A DNA stretch of 64,000 nucleotides from Dehalococcoides mccartyi (GTDB lineage: Bacteria > Chloroflexota > Dehalococcoidia > UBA2979), in the NCBI GenBank assembly GCA_945865925.1, contig CAMBFG010000002.1, positions 12,421-76,420 on the forward strand. Reading direction: 5' to 3'. The number at the start of each line of letters is the position of its first letter. Positions within the stretch are counted from its first letter, which is position 1. Positions 38,607-46,528 of this stretch are shown here, one piece after another. Both the position numbers and the translations under genes were made by a program. Under the pieces are notes generated by a model that did not search any database, had not been told where the DNA came from, and was given only the letters and a program-made list of their open reading frames with translations.

Positions 38607-40211
38607 ATGCCGCCGATGAAGGGCGCACGCACTGACTTGCTGAGCACCGCACCCGTAGCCGCCGCCGGCGCCGCCCTGGTGCTGCTCGCGGCGGCTGCGT
38701 GGCCCCTCGCCGCCCTGACGCGCACCGCGTTCGAGGGTGACCTGTTCACCCTGATCCGCACTGACCAGGAACTCCAGCAGGCGTTCCTGTGGGCAAGCGC
38801 GATGGCGACCGCTTCGTGCGCCCTCGGCGTCTTCTTCGGGGTGGTGAGCGCGTACTGCTGGGCACGTCTGCGCTATCCCGGCCGGACGTTCCTTCGCGGG
38901 CTCGCGATCGCGCCGCTGGCGGTGCCCGCGATCGTCCTCGCGAGCGGCATCGAGGCGTTGTTTGCGCCGGGGCGGCTCGCCGCCGACCTCGCCACATTCG
39001 TCGGGATCGATCCGGCGCGGCTGCGCAACGGGACAGGTGCCGTGATCGTCGCGCACGGGCTCATCGCGACCGCAGCCGTTGGATGGTTCGCCAGCGTCGC
39101 GTGGGCCAACGTGGACGCGCGGAAGGTGGACGCCGCTCGCACGCTGGGGCCGGCCCCCTCCGCGCCGCTCGGATTGCGGTGTGGCCGGCCGTCTGGCCCT
39201 CGGCCCTCGCCGGAGCGGGCTCTGCGTTCCTGCAGGCGATCCTGTCCTACGGCGTGATCGTGATCCTAGCTGACGGCCGCGAGACGACCGAGGGCCTCGC
39301 TGTCAGGCTCGCGCTCGCGAGCGACGAACGAGCGGCGGCGGTGGCGCTGCTCACCAGTGGGTACGCGCTGCTCTGCGGGATCGTCACCATCCAGTTGGTA
39401 CGCTCACCGCAGGTCGAGGCGCGCCGCACGCGCGCGCGTCAACGCGCCCGCGGCGTCGATCGGGTCGCCATCCTGATCGCGGCGGTACCGGCGCTGATGG
39501 TCCTTGGCGCGACGCTCACCTTGCTGCTCCAGGCAGTCGAAGCCGAGGATGGCCTGACCGCGCATTACGTTGCGCGGACTCGTGGCGGGGCCAGGTGCAA
39601 GCGGCATCCGGCAGGCGGCCCTGGGAAGTCTGCTGGCCGCCGTCCCGGCAGCGGCGCTGACAGCCGTATGGGGCGGGATGGCGGGCGCGGCGCTGGGGCG
39701 GATGCGTGGCTTCGGCGGAATGGTGCGAGCGGTCGCGCTGCTGTTCCCCCTGGCCGCGTCACCGGCGGCGCTCGCCTTCGGCTGGCGGCTGGCAGCTCCG
39801 GACATCGACCCCCGGATCACGCTGCCGGTGGTGCAGGCGTTCGTGGCGTTCCCGTTCGTCGCCGGCACGATTGCGCGGATGCGGCCTCGGCCGCACGCGG
39901 GGATCGTGGTGGCTGCGCGGTCGCTGGGTGCTCGACGCCTGCGCGCCTGGCGCGTGCTGCGAGGGCCGTCGTACGTGATCGCAGGACTGGTGGGATTCCT
40001 CGTCGCGTTTGGGATCACGCTCGGAGAGACCGGTGCCGCAACGGTGGCCCGCGTGCCTGGCGGCACTCTTCCGGTCCGGTTGCTCGAACTCCACCGCCAG
40101 GGCTCCAGCGCCCAGGCTGCTGCACTTGCCAGCGCTATCCTCGTGATCGCTGTGGCGGCATTCACGCTCGGCGACCCGATCATCGCGCGGCTCGGCCGGG
40201 GGCGGAGGTAG
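38607..40211 (+). pseudogene. ThiP/FbpB-type double-domain ABC permease with two frameshifts (pseudogene or sequencing error)
   Basis: Two EAA motifs (DAARTLG, AARSLGA). The frame changes at GGGG 39146-39149 (one base short) and at TT 39570-39571 (one base extra). The repaired protein is about 534 aa. Confidence 0.75.
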
Positions 40212-40213
40212 CC

Positions 40214-41728
40214 GTGGGCACTCTGGAGGTCCGCTCCCTCTCGCGTATCCGTGATGGCGTCCTCTTGTTCGACGAAGTCTCCTTCTTCGTGCCTGACGGA
40301 CGGGTCACCGCGATCGCCGGCCCAGCGATGTCCGGGAAGACCTCGCTGCTGCGCGTGATCGCGGGCGTCGAGCGCTCGGACGGCGGAGACGTGCTGCTGG
40401 ACGGGCACTCACTGCTGCGGCTGCCGACCGAGCGCCGCCACCTCGGCTTCCTGTTCGAGGACCTCGCGCTGTTCGAGGACATGACCGTGCGAGACAACGT
40501 GGCGTTCGGGTTGCGCATGCAGCGACGCAAGCGCGTCGAGCGGCTGCGCCGCACGGACGACGTGCTGGACGCGCTGGGCCTCGGTGGGAAGGCGCATCGC
40601 AAACCTCGCGACCTGTCGCCGGGCGAGCGGAAGCGCCTCGCGTTCGCGCGCGCCGTCGCCCCGGAACCCTCGCTGTTGCTGCTTGACGAGCCCACGGCTG
40701 GCGTTGAGGAAGTGGGCCGCGAAGCGTGGCGACAGGAACTCGCACAGGCACTCCGCGCCCTCCATGTGACGACGGTGATCGCGACGACTGACCTACGTGA
40801 CGCCGTCGTGCTGGCGGACCAGATCGTCCTAATGGCGGAAGGTCAGGTGCTCCAGACGGGCAGCGTGTCTCGCGTGCTGCAAGGGCCCGCCTCCATCGAG
40901 GCGGCGACGCTCGCGGGCTACGTACCACTCGTGCGCGGCGACGTCTTCGAGGGCCATGTGATCGAGCAGGGTGTCGGCGCAGTAGCCTTCCCCGCCGGCT
41001 TCCCGCTGCGCCAACAGGCGGCAGTCATGGCGCACCCCACGGCACTTTTCGGGGTACCCGGTGGCTCAGGCCTCGGCAGCGGCGTGTCGGGCACGCTCTT
41101 GCGGGCGCGGCCGGACGGACCTGCTTACGTGGTGGAGGTGCAACTGAACGACCGCTCAGTGGCATTGCGGTGGGAATGGGACCTGACACCACCGGAACCC
41201 GGCGCGTCGGTCGAGATCGCGGTGCGGCCCGGCACGTTGCGCTTCTTCAACGACTCCCCCGCCCCTCGCGTCCGCTCCACCGAGTCGGCCACCGTCGCTC
41301 CGGAGCGCTTTGCCGTGCTGGCGCCTCGAGTGGTGGCGGGCGCCGATGCACCCGGCCCGCGCGCCTCGCAACCGCCGCCGCCTGACGAACCGCTCGACGC
41401 AGCGCCCGCACCACCGACGCCGGCATCCACCAGCGCGACGGACGAGGACGATGAGGACTCGTCGCCGCCACACCTGGATGCTCGCGCACCAGGGCCGGCC
41501 TGGCAGCGTCCCCCAGTGGAGGATGTCGGACCGGTCCGATCGCCTGACGCGGCCGTTGACCCGGTCCGGGTACGTCCCAACCGCCCGACGCCCCCGCCCG
41601 CCGAGCCGGTCGAGCCCGTCGAGCCAATGCAGCCAGTCGAGGAGCAGTTGACTTCCGACGAGCCGGCGCCCGCCGGTGCGCCCCCACCAAAGGCGGACGA
41701 GCGGCACAGCGGGATGCCGCTCGACTAG
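40214..41728 (+). CDS. PotA/FbpC-like ABC ATP-binding protein with degenerate motifs and a Pro-rich tail
   Basis: GPAMSGKT, MTVRDNVAFGL, LSPGE, LLLDEP; long acidic Pro-rich C-terminus. Confidence 0.8.
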   Translation: MGTLEVRSLSRIRDGVLLFDEVSFFVPDGRVTAIAGPAMSGKTSLLRVIAGVERSDGGDVLLDGHSLLRLPTERRHLGFLFEDLALFEDMTVRDNVAFGLRMQRRKRVERLRRTDDVLDALGLGGKAHRKPRDLSPGERKRLAFARAVAPEPSLLLLDEPTAGVEEVGREAWRQELAQALRALHVTTVIATTDLRDAVVLADQIVLMAEGQVLQTGSVSRVLQGPASIEAATLAGYVPLVRGDVFEGHVIEQGVGAVAFPAGFPLRQQAAVMAHPTALFGVPGGSGLGSGVSGTLLRARPDGPAYVVEVQLNDRSVALRWEWDLTPPEPGASVEIAVRPGTLRFFNDSPAPRVRSTESATVAPERFAVLAPRVVAGADAPGPRASQPPPPDEPLDAAPAPPTPASTSATDEDDEDSSPPHLDARAPGPAWQRPPVEDVGPVRSPDAAVDPVRVRPNRPTPPPAEPVEPVEPMQPVEEQLTSDEPAPAGAPPPKADERHSGMPLD

Positions 41729-41744
41729 CCGCGGGGAGACCTCG

Positions 41745-42128
41745 ATGGCACGGGCGACCAGCAAGCAGGCGGAACAGCGACGCGCGCGGCTCGTTGCGAT
41801 CTGCGAGGCGCTCCCCGAGGTCGAAACCACCGGCGACCAGCACCTCGCCTTCCGCGTGCGCGGCAAACTCGTCGCCTACTACCTCGATGACCACCACGAG
41901 GACGGAATGATCGTCGTCTCCGTGAAGACGACGCCGGCGCTGCAGGCGATGCTGGTCGAGGACGACCCCGTGCGCTTCTCGCTCACGCCATACATGGCAC
42001 ATCGCGGGTGGGTATCGCTGCGCATCGACGGGCGCTCCGTGGCCTGGGACGAGGTCGCCGCGCTGGTGCGGGCGTCGTACCGGCTCGTCGCACCCAGGCG
42101 ACTGGCTGCGCAGATGCCCGAGGCGTAG
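41745..42128 (+). CDS. MmcQ/YjbR family protein
   Basis: AFRVRGK, PYMAHRGWV, SYRLVAPRRL. Confidence 0.85.
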   Translation: MARATSKQAEQRRARLVAICEALPEVETTGDQHLAFRVRGKLVAYYLDDHHEDGMIVVSVKTTPALQAMLVEDDPVRFSLTPYMAHRGWVSLRIDGRSVAWDEVAALVRASYRLVAPRRLAAQMPEA

Positions 42129-42172
42129 TCACGAATTCGACGCCTCCCATAGGCCGCGCGTACGCTCGGCGT

Positions 42173-42718
42173 ATGCCAGAGAAACAGCCTCAGGCAACCC
42201 CCGTGGACGCGCGGATCGAGCACGACCCGGAGCGGCGAGCGCTCGCGGCCCTCGCCGAGCGTCTGCCGCTGCTTCCCGATCGGCACACACCCGACCAGTC
42301 GCTGCAGATTGTCGTGGACCTCGCGCGCGACCTCACCAGCGCGCGGTATGGGGCGCTTGCCGTCACGGACCGCGCTGACCGCGTGGAGGGGTTCATGGTG
42401 GCGGGACTCGAATCGTCCGAACTGATGCGGCTGCGGACACCGCCGCAGAGCCATGGGCCCCTCGGCTCACTGCGCGACGACGGCCGTCCCGTCCGCTTCG
42501 AGGACGTACAGCAGCACGCGAAGGCTTTCGGGTTCCCGAGCCACCACCCGGAGATGAGCGCGCTCGTGGGCGTTGCCATCTGGGTGAACGGCGAGGTCCG
42601 TGGCGCGCTGTACGTGACGGACCGGCAGGACGGCCAGCCATTCGACCGCGACGACGAGCGGCTGCTGACAACGCTCGCCTCGCACGCTGCGACGATCATC
42701 GAGACGGAGTGGTACTAG
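42173..42718 (+). CDS. Stand-alone GAF domain protein (DosS/DosT GAF-A-like)
   Basis: ARYGAL, GFPSHHPEM, VGVAI, GALYVTD, FDRDDE; no kinase domain. Confidence 0.8.
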   Translation: MPEKQPQATPVDARIEHDPERRALAALAERLPLLPDRHTPDQSLQIVVDLARDLTSARYGALAVTDRADRVEGFMVAGLESSELMRLRTPPQSHGPLGSLRDDGRPVRFEDVQQHAKAFGFPSHHPEMSALVGVAIWVNGEVRGALYVTDRQDGQPFDRDDERLLTTLASHAATIIETEWY

Positions 42719-43011
42719 CGCACGACGATCGGGACGGCCTGGACCACATCGAGTACCTCGTCGAGCGCCTGCCGCAGGCCCGGACTGACACCCTCGTTCA
42801 GACAGCGAGCGCAGTTGGGCTGGTCGGGCGCGCCGGTGTCGTGCAGCGTCACCACCACGCCACCCTCGGCGAGCGCGATACCGCAGATCGTGTCCACGCT
42901 GCTCGCCCAGAAGGCGCGGTCGCCTCGAGGCTCGGCGTCGTGCAGGACGACCCAGTGCCAGTCGTCGCCGAAGTCCTCGAGGGCCTTCGCGACGATGCGC
43001 TTCTCTGCCAT
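42715..43011 (-). CDS. Hypothetical small protein with H...C...CxxC motif
   Basis: 98-aa ORF with GAGG RBS; WHW...TICG...CARC. Confidence 0.6.
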   Translation of the reverse strand: MAEKRIVAKALEDFGDDWHWVVLHDAEPRGDRAFWASSVDTICGIALAEGGVVVTLHDTGAPDQPNCARCLNEGVSPGLRQALDEVLDVVQAVPIVVR

Positions 43012-43037
43012 CGACCGTCCTCGATCTGACGTCCCGC

Positions 43038-43709
43038 TTAGGACGCCACGTACTTACCGAACCACGCGAGCGACTTCGTCCACGAGTCCGCCGCAGCGGC
43101 CGGGTGGAACGAGGGCTTCGTGTCATTGAAGAAGGAGTGGCCGGCGCCGTCGTACAGGGTGATGTCGTTCGGCACGCCGGCCTTCGTCAGGGCGTCGCGG
43201 AGGCGGTCGACCTGCTCCTTGGGGATACCAGTGTCAGTGGCGCCGTAGGAGCCGAGGACGGGCACCTTGATCGTGGCGAGTTGCTCGTCCGCTGGCATGC
43301 CGCCGCCGTAGTACACGTGTGCCGCATCCACCTTGGAGGTCGGGCGCATCGCGGTTGCGAGGGTCAGGCCACCACCCATGCAGTAGCCGACGCAGCCCAC
43401 CTTCGCGACACCTCGCACGTCCTTCATCCAGGCGATGCCGGCATCAATCTCGCGGGCGGCGAGGTCGCGTTCGAGTGCCATGACGAACTTGCGCGCCTCG
43501 TCCGGCTCGCTGGCGACCTGACCGTGGTAGAGGTCGGGCGCGAAGGCCAGGTAGCCCTCGGCCGCGTAGCGGTCGGCGATGACACGGATGTCGTCCGTGA
43601 GGCCCCACCATTCCTGGATGACGATGACGCCGCCCTTGGCCGTGCCGGCGGGCTCCGCGAGGTAGCCCATCACCTTCATCCCGTTGTGGTCGACGGTCGT
43701 GTTGATCAT
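43038..43709 (-). CDS. Dienelactone hydrolase family protein
   Basis: QEWWGL, APDLY, GYCMGG, AGHSFFN. Confidence 0.92.
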   Translation of the reverse strand: MINTTVDHNGMKVMGYLAEPAGTAKGGVIVIQEWWGLTDDIRVIADRYAAEGYLAFAPDLYHGQVASEPDEARKFVMALERDLAAREIDAGIAWMKDVRGVAKVGCVGYCMGGGLTLATAMRPTSKVDAAHVYYGGGMPADEQLATIKVPVLGSYGATDTGIPKEQVDRLRDALTKAGVPNDITLYDGAGHSFFNDTKPSFHPAAAADSWTKSLAWFGKYVAS

Positions 43710-43771
43710 GTCAGTCCCCTCCGCATCTGGAATCCGGGCGCGAGTATACCGGGCGGGCCGGGCACCCTCGG

Positions 43772-44404
43772 CTACGGCTTGAGCAACGCTGAGACGTCGA
43801 ACAGGAACTCGACGCGTGCACCCGCACCGATGCCGACCGATTGAAAGTAGCCCTTCGGCGCCTCGATCGCCGCCAGGTACGGCGCGTTCGGACGATGCAC
43901 GGTGTCGGTGTCCGCCTGCATCTGCAAGACGTCGATGATCTTCATCGACGTGTCGACGAAGGCGATGTCAAGGTCGATGTGGGTGTTCTTCATCCAGAAC
44001 CCGGCGGTGGCTTTCCCGTCCGGGAAATAGAAGAGCATCCCGCGCCCCGCGAACGCCCGCCGGCCGGAGAGCCCGATGCCGTACTCGGAGGTTGGTGGGA
44101 TCTCGACTGGAAGGGTCACCACGCTGTTGGCTGCGGTGAAGCGGATGAATGGCAGATGCTCCGTGGGGAGCGACCCGCTGATCGCGGTGGGCTCAGGACC
44201 GGGCGTGAGCGTGGGCAGCGGCGTATTGCTGGGCGCCGGCAGGCCCGGCGGGGCAACGGCAACACCCGGAGTGAAGTCGGGGGGTGGTACGAGGCCCTTC
44301 ACCGTTTCCGGTGCGCCTCGGGGGGCGGTCGCGATACCGACCACCGCGCCGACCGTGAGGATGGCCACGAGTACGAGGAGCGTGAGGCGATTGCGCGATG
44401 TCAC
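43772..44404 (-). CDS. DUF192 family membrane-anchored protein
   Basis: N-terminal TM, Pro-rich linker, GLSGR, GMLF, FWMKNT, LDIAF; start uncertain. Confidence 0.82.
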   Translation of the reverse strand: MTSRNRLTLLVLVAILTVGAVVGIATAPRGAPETVKGLVPPPDFTPGVAVAPPGLPAPSNTPLPTLTPGPEPTAISGSLPTEHLPFIRFTAANSVVTLPVEIPPTSEYGIGLSGRRAFAGRGMLFYFPDGKATAGFWMKNTHIDLDIAFVDTSMKIIDVLQMQADTDTVHRPNAPYLAAIEAPKGYFQSVGIGAGARVEFLFDVSALLKP

Positions 44405-44499
44405 TCCTTGATCCTCGCACAGGCGGCAGGGAGGTGCGCGGGACGCTGCCGCGCGCACCTTGACGGCGCCGCGCCCCACGCGCGAGGCTGAGGGTGCCC

Positions 44500-45261
44500 A
44501 TGAGCACATCGCCGAACCTCGACCTCGCGCTTCGCCTCTGGCCGCAGGTGCGGGACAGCGGCACCGTGGACGATCCCGCGTTCCTGGACGCGCTGCTTGC
44601 GACGCAGGGCAAGCCTGGCGCCGCCGCCTACGAGGGCGGCGTGAGCGGCACCTTTGCCTGCTTCCCACCGGACGAAGTGGCCTCGTTCACGTTGCCGAGC
44701 GGGGAGGTGACGCGTGACGACGAGGACGCGCGGCTGCTCGCGCACCTCCTCGTGACGCGGGTGCTATTAGGGTCAGGGCTCCACGTCGACCGGCGCGTGC
44801 AGCGAGCGCTCGCCGACGCGCACGCGATCATCTGGACCGCGCGCGGGACGTTGCAGGCCTCGCCGTTGGCGCTCGCCACATCGCTGTGGCTCGTGGCGCT
44901 CGACCCGCTGCAGGTGTCCGACCAGCCGCTGGCGATCGACTGGACGCCCGAGGGGTTCCAGGACCCCGAGCGGTGGGACCTGGAGTACCGGCTGTTCTCC
45001 CATTACGACATCCACCAACGCGCCCTCGATTGGGTGGCCTACGCGAGCGGGGCACCGAGGCGGCACCCTGGCTGCTCCGCGTGGACGGTAGTTGAGCCGC
45101 TGTTGCGGTTTGACGACCAACGGGCGCAGATCGCCCTCGGCCAGTTCGCCACGCTCGCCGCGCGCGGTGAGGACGAGGCGCCAGCGCTGGCAGCAGCGAT
45201 GCTGGATCGGGCGCGGGTGGAGGCGTTGCTGCGCGCGCACCTCGCGGCGGCACGCTCGTAG
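44500..45261 (+). CDS. Hypothetical protein
   Basis: 253-aa ORF with protein-like composition filling the gap between flanking genes; no motif recognised. Confidence 0.65.
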   Translation: MSTSPNLDLALRLWPQVRDSGTVDDPAFLDALLATQGKPGAAAYEGGVSGTFACFPPDEVASFTLPSGEVTRDDEDARLLAHLLVTRVLLGSGLHVDRRVQRALADAHAIIWTARGTLQASPLALATSLWLVALDPLQVSDQPLAIDWTPEGFQDPERWDLEYRLFSHYDIHQRALDWVAYASGAPRRHPGCSAWTVVEPLLRFDDQRAQIALGQFATLAARGEDEAPALAAAMLDRARVEALLRAHLAAARS

Positions 45262-45273
45262 CGCTCGCAGGCC

Positions 45274-45744
45274 CTATTCGACGGCGACGCGCTCGCCAGG
45301 CTCCTCGACGTCTCCGAGGGTGGCGGCTTCGTTGATGGCGTGCAGGACGCGGATCAAATGGTCGTCATCGGGCTGGGCCATGTCCGGGATGTGGTAGCCG
45401 CCGAAGGCGTCCACAACGGTCTTGTGGTCGTCGATCACGAAGTCCGGGACCATCGGCACGCCGAGCGCCTCGAGTTTCTCGTGGTGCTTCTCCAGCGGCT
45501 TCACGAAGTAGTCGGTGACGTACTCGTCCAGGCCGTGGCGCTTCATGTCCCAGCGCCGGATGCCGACGCCAGACCAGACGTAGATCGTGTGGCCTGCGTC
45601 CTTGAGGGCGATGAAGACATCTGCCGCGTGGTTGCGCAGTCGCCCGTTCCACATGACGAGGGTGTTATCGACGTCGAAGAAGATATTCAGCGGTTTCCCG
45701 CGCACACCGCGGATCTCTCGGCGCGGCTCTTCCTCGTCGGTCAC
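45274..45744 (-). CDS. Capless HAD-superfamily hydrolase
   Basis: FFDVDNTL (motif I), VWSG, KP, VIDD. Confidence 0.78.
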   Translation of the reverse strand: MTDEEEPRREIRGVRGKPLNIFFDVDNTLVMWNGRLRNHAADVFIALKDAGHTIYVWSGVGIRRWDMKRHGLDEYVTDYFVKPLEKHHEKLEALGVPMVPDFVIDDHKTVVDAFGGYHIPDMAQPDDDHLIRVLHAINEAATLGDVEEPGERVAVE

Positions 45745-45747
45745 GGG

Positions 45748-46524
45748 CTACCCCCCAAGGTGCCGCGCGAGGAATGTCCCCACGAGGTCATTGAACTGTC
45801 TCGCATTCTCGAAGTACACGGAATGGCCAGCTTTGGGGACCGTCACGTACTCCGAGCCGGGAATCAGGGCGTGGAAGGCCTCCATCAGCGGGGGATGGAC
45901 GACATCGTCCTCCTCGCCCTCAATCATCAGGATGGGGTTCTTGAGCGCGGCGACCTGCTTCGGTGTGGCTGCCTTCGGGTCATTCGGGGCCTCCGGGCGC
46001 GGCGGGTTCAGGCCCCCGATCTGCTGGTAGAGGAACGTGCGGACCGGCTCAGCCGCCCGGAACGTTGGGCCTACGGCGCGCACGATCAGTGGGTCGCCGG
46101 AGTTCGCGGTCGCCTCCCGCAGCACCCGAGCGCGCTCCAATTGCTCCGGCCAGTCAAAGAATCCCCAGGTGTCCGCCATGACCAGCGCCTGGACGCGCTC
46201 CGGGTGGCGCACGGTGAACCCGAGGGCGGTCCGCCCACCCATCGACTGCGCGACCAGCGCGACCTTGTCGAATCCGAGGTGCGTGAGCAGCCCTTCGAGG
46301 TCATCGACGAAGCGCGTGGAGCCCTCGCCAGTCGGGTCGAGCGTGCGCCCAAACCCTCGATGGTCGATCGAGACGCAGCGGTAGGTCTTGTTGAAATGGG
46401 GGACCTGCTGCCACCAGGAGACGTGGTTGCCGCCGGCGCCGTGCAGAAAGATCACGGGCTGGGCACCCTCCGGCCCGGAGATCTCGTAGTACAGGTCGAC
46501 GCCGTTGACGGTGACTGAGGGCAT
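45748..46524 (-). CDS. Alpha/beta hydrolase
   Basis: FLHGAGG, DHRGFG, QSMGG nucleophile elbow, GEED, AGHS. Confidence 0.9.
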   Translation of the reverse strand: MPSVTVNGVDLYYEISGPEGAQPVIFLHGAGGNHVSWWQQVPHFNKTYRCVSIDHRGFGRTLDPTGEGSTRFVDDLEGLLTHLGFDKVALVAQSMGGRTALGFTVRHPERVQALVMADTWGFFDWPEQLERARVLREATANSGDPLIVRAVGPTFRAAEPVRTFLYQQIGGLNPPRPEAPNDPKAATPKQVAALKNPILMIEGEEDDVVHPPLMEAFHALIPGSEYVTVPKAGHSVYFENARQFNDLVGTFLARHLGG

Positions 46525-46528
46525 AGGA

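Noticed and set aside
38789-41728. 979-aa ORF that looks like a permease-ATPase fusion
   Set aside because: It is an artefact of the permease frameshifts. The ATPase has its own GGAGG RBS and GTG start at 40214, and the permease ends at 40211.
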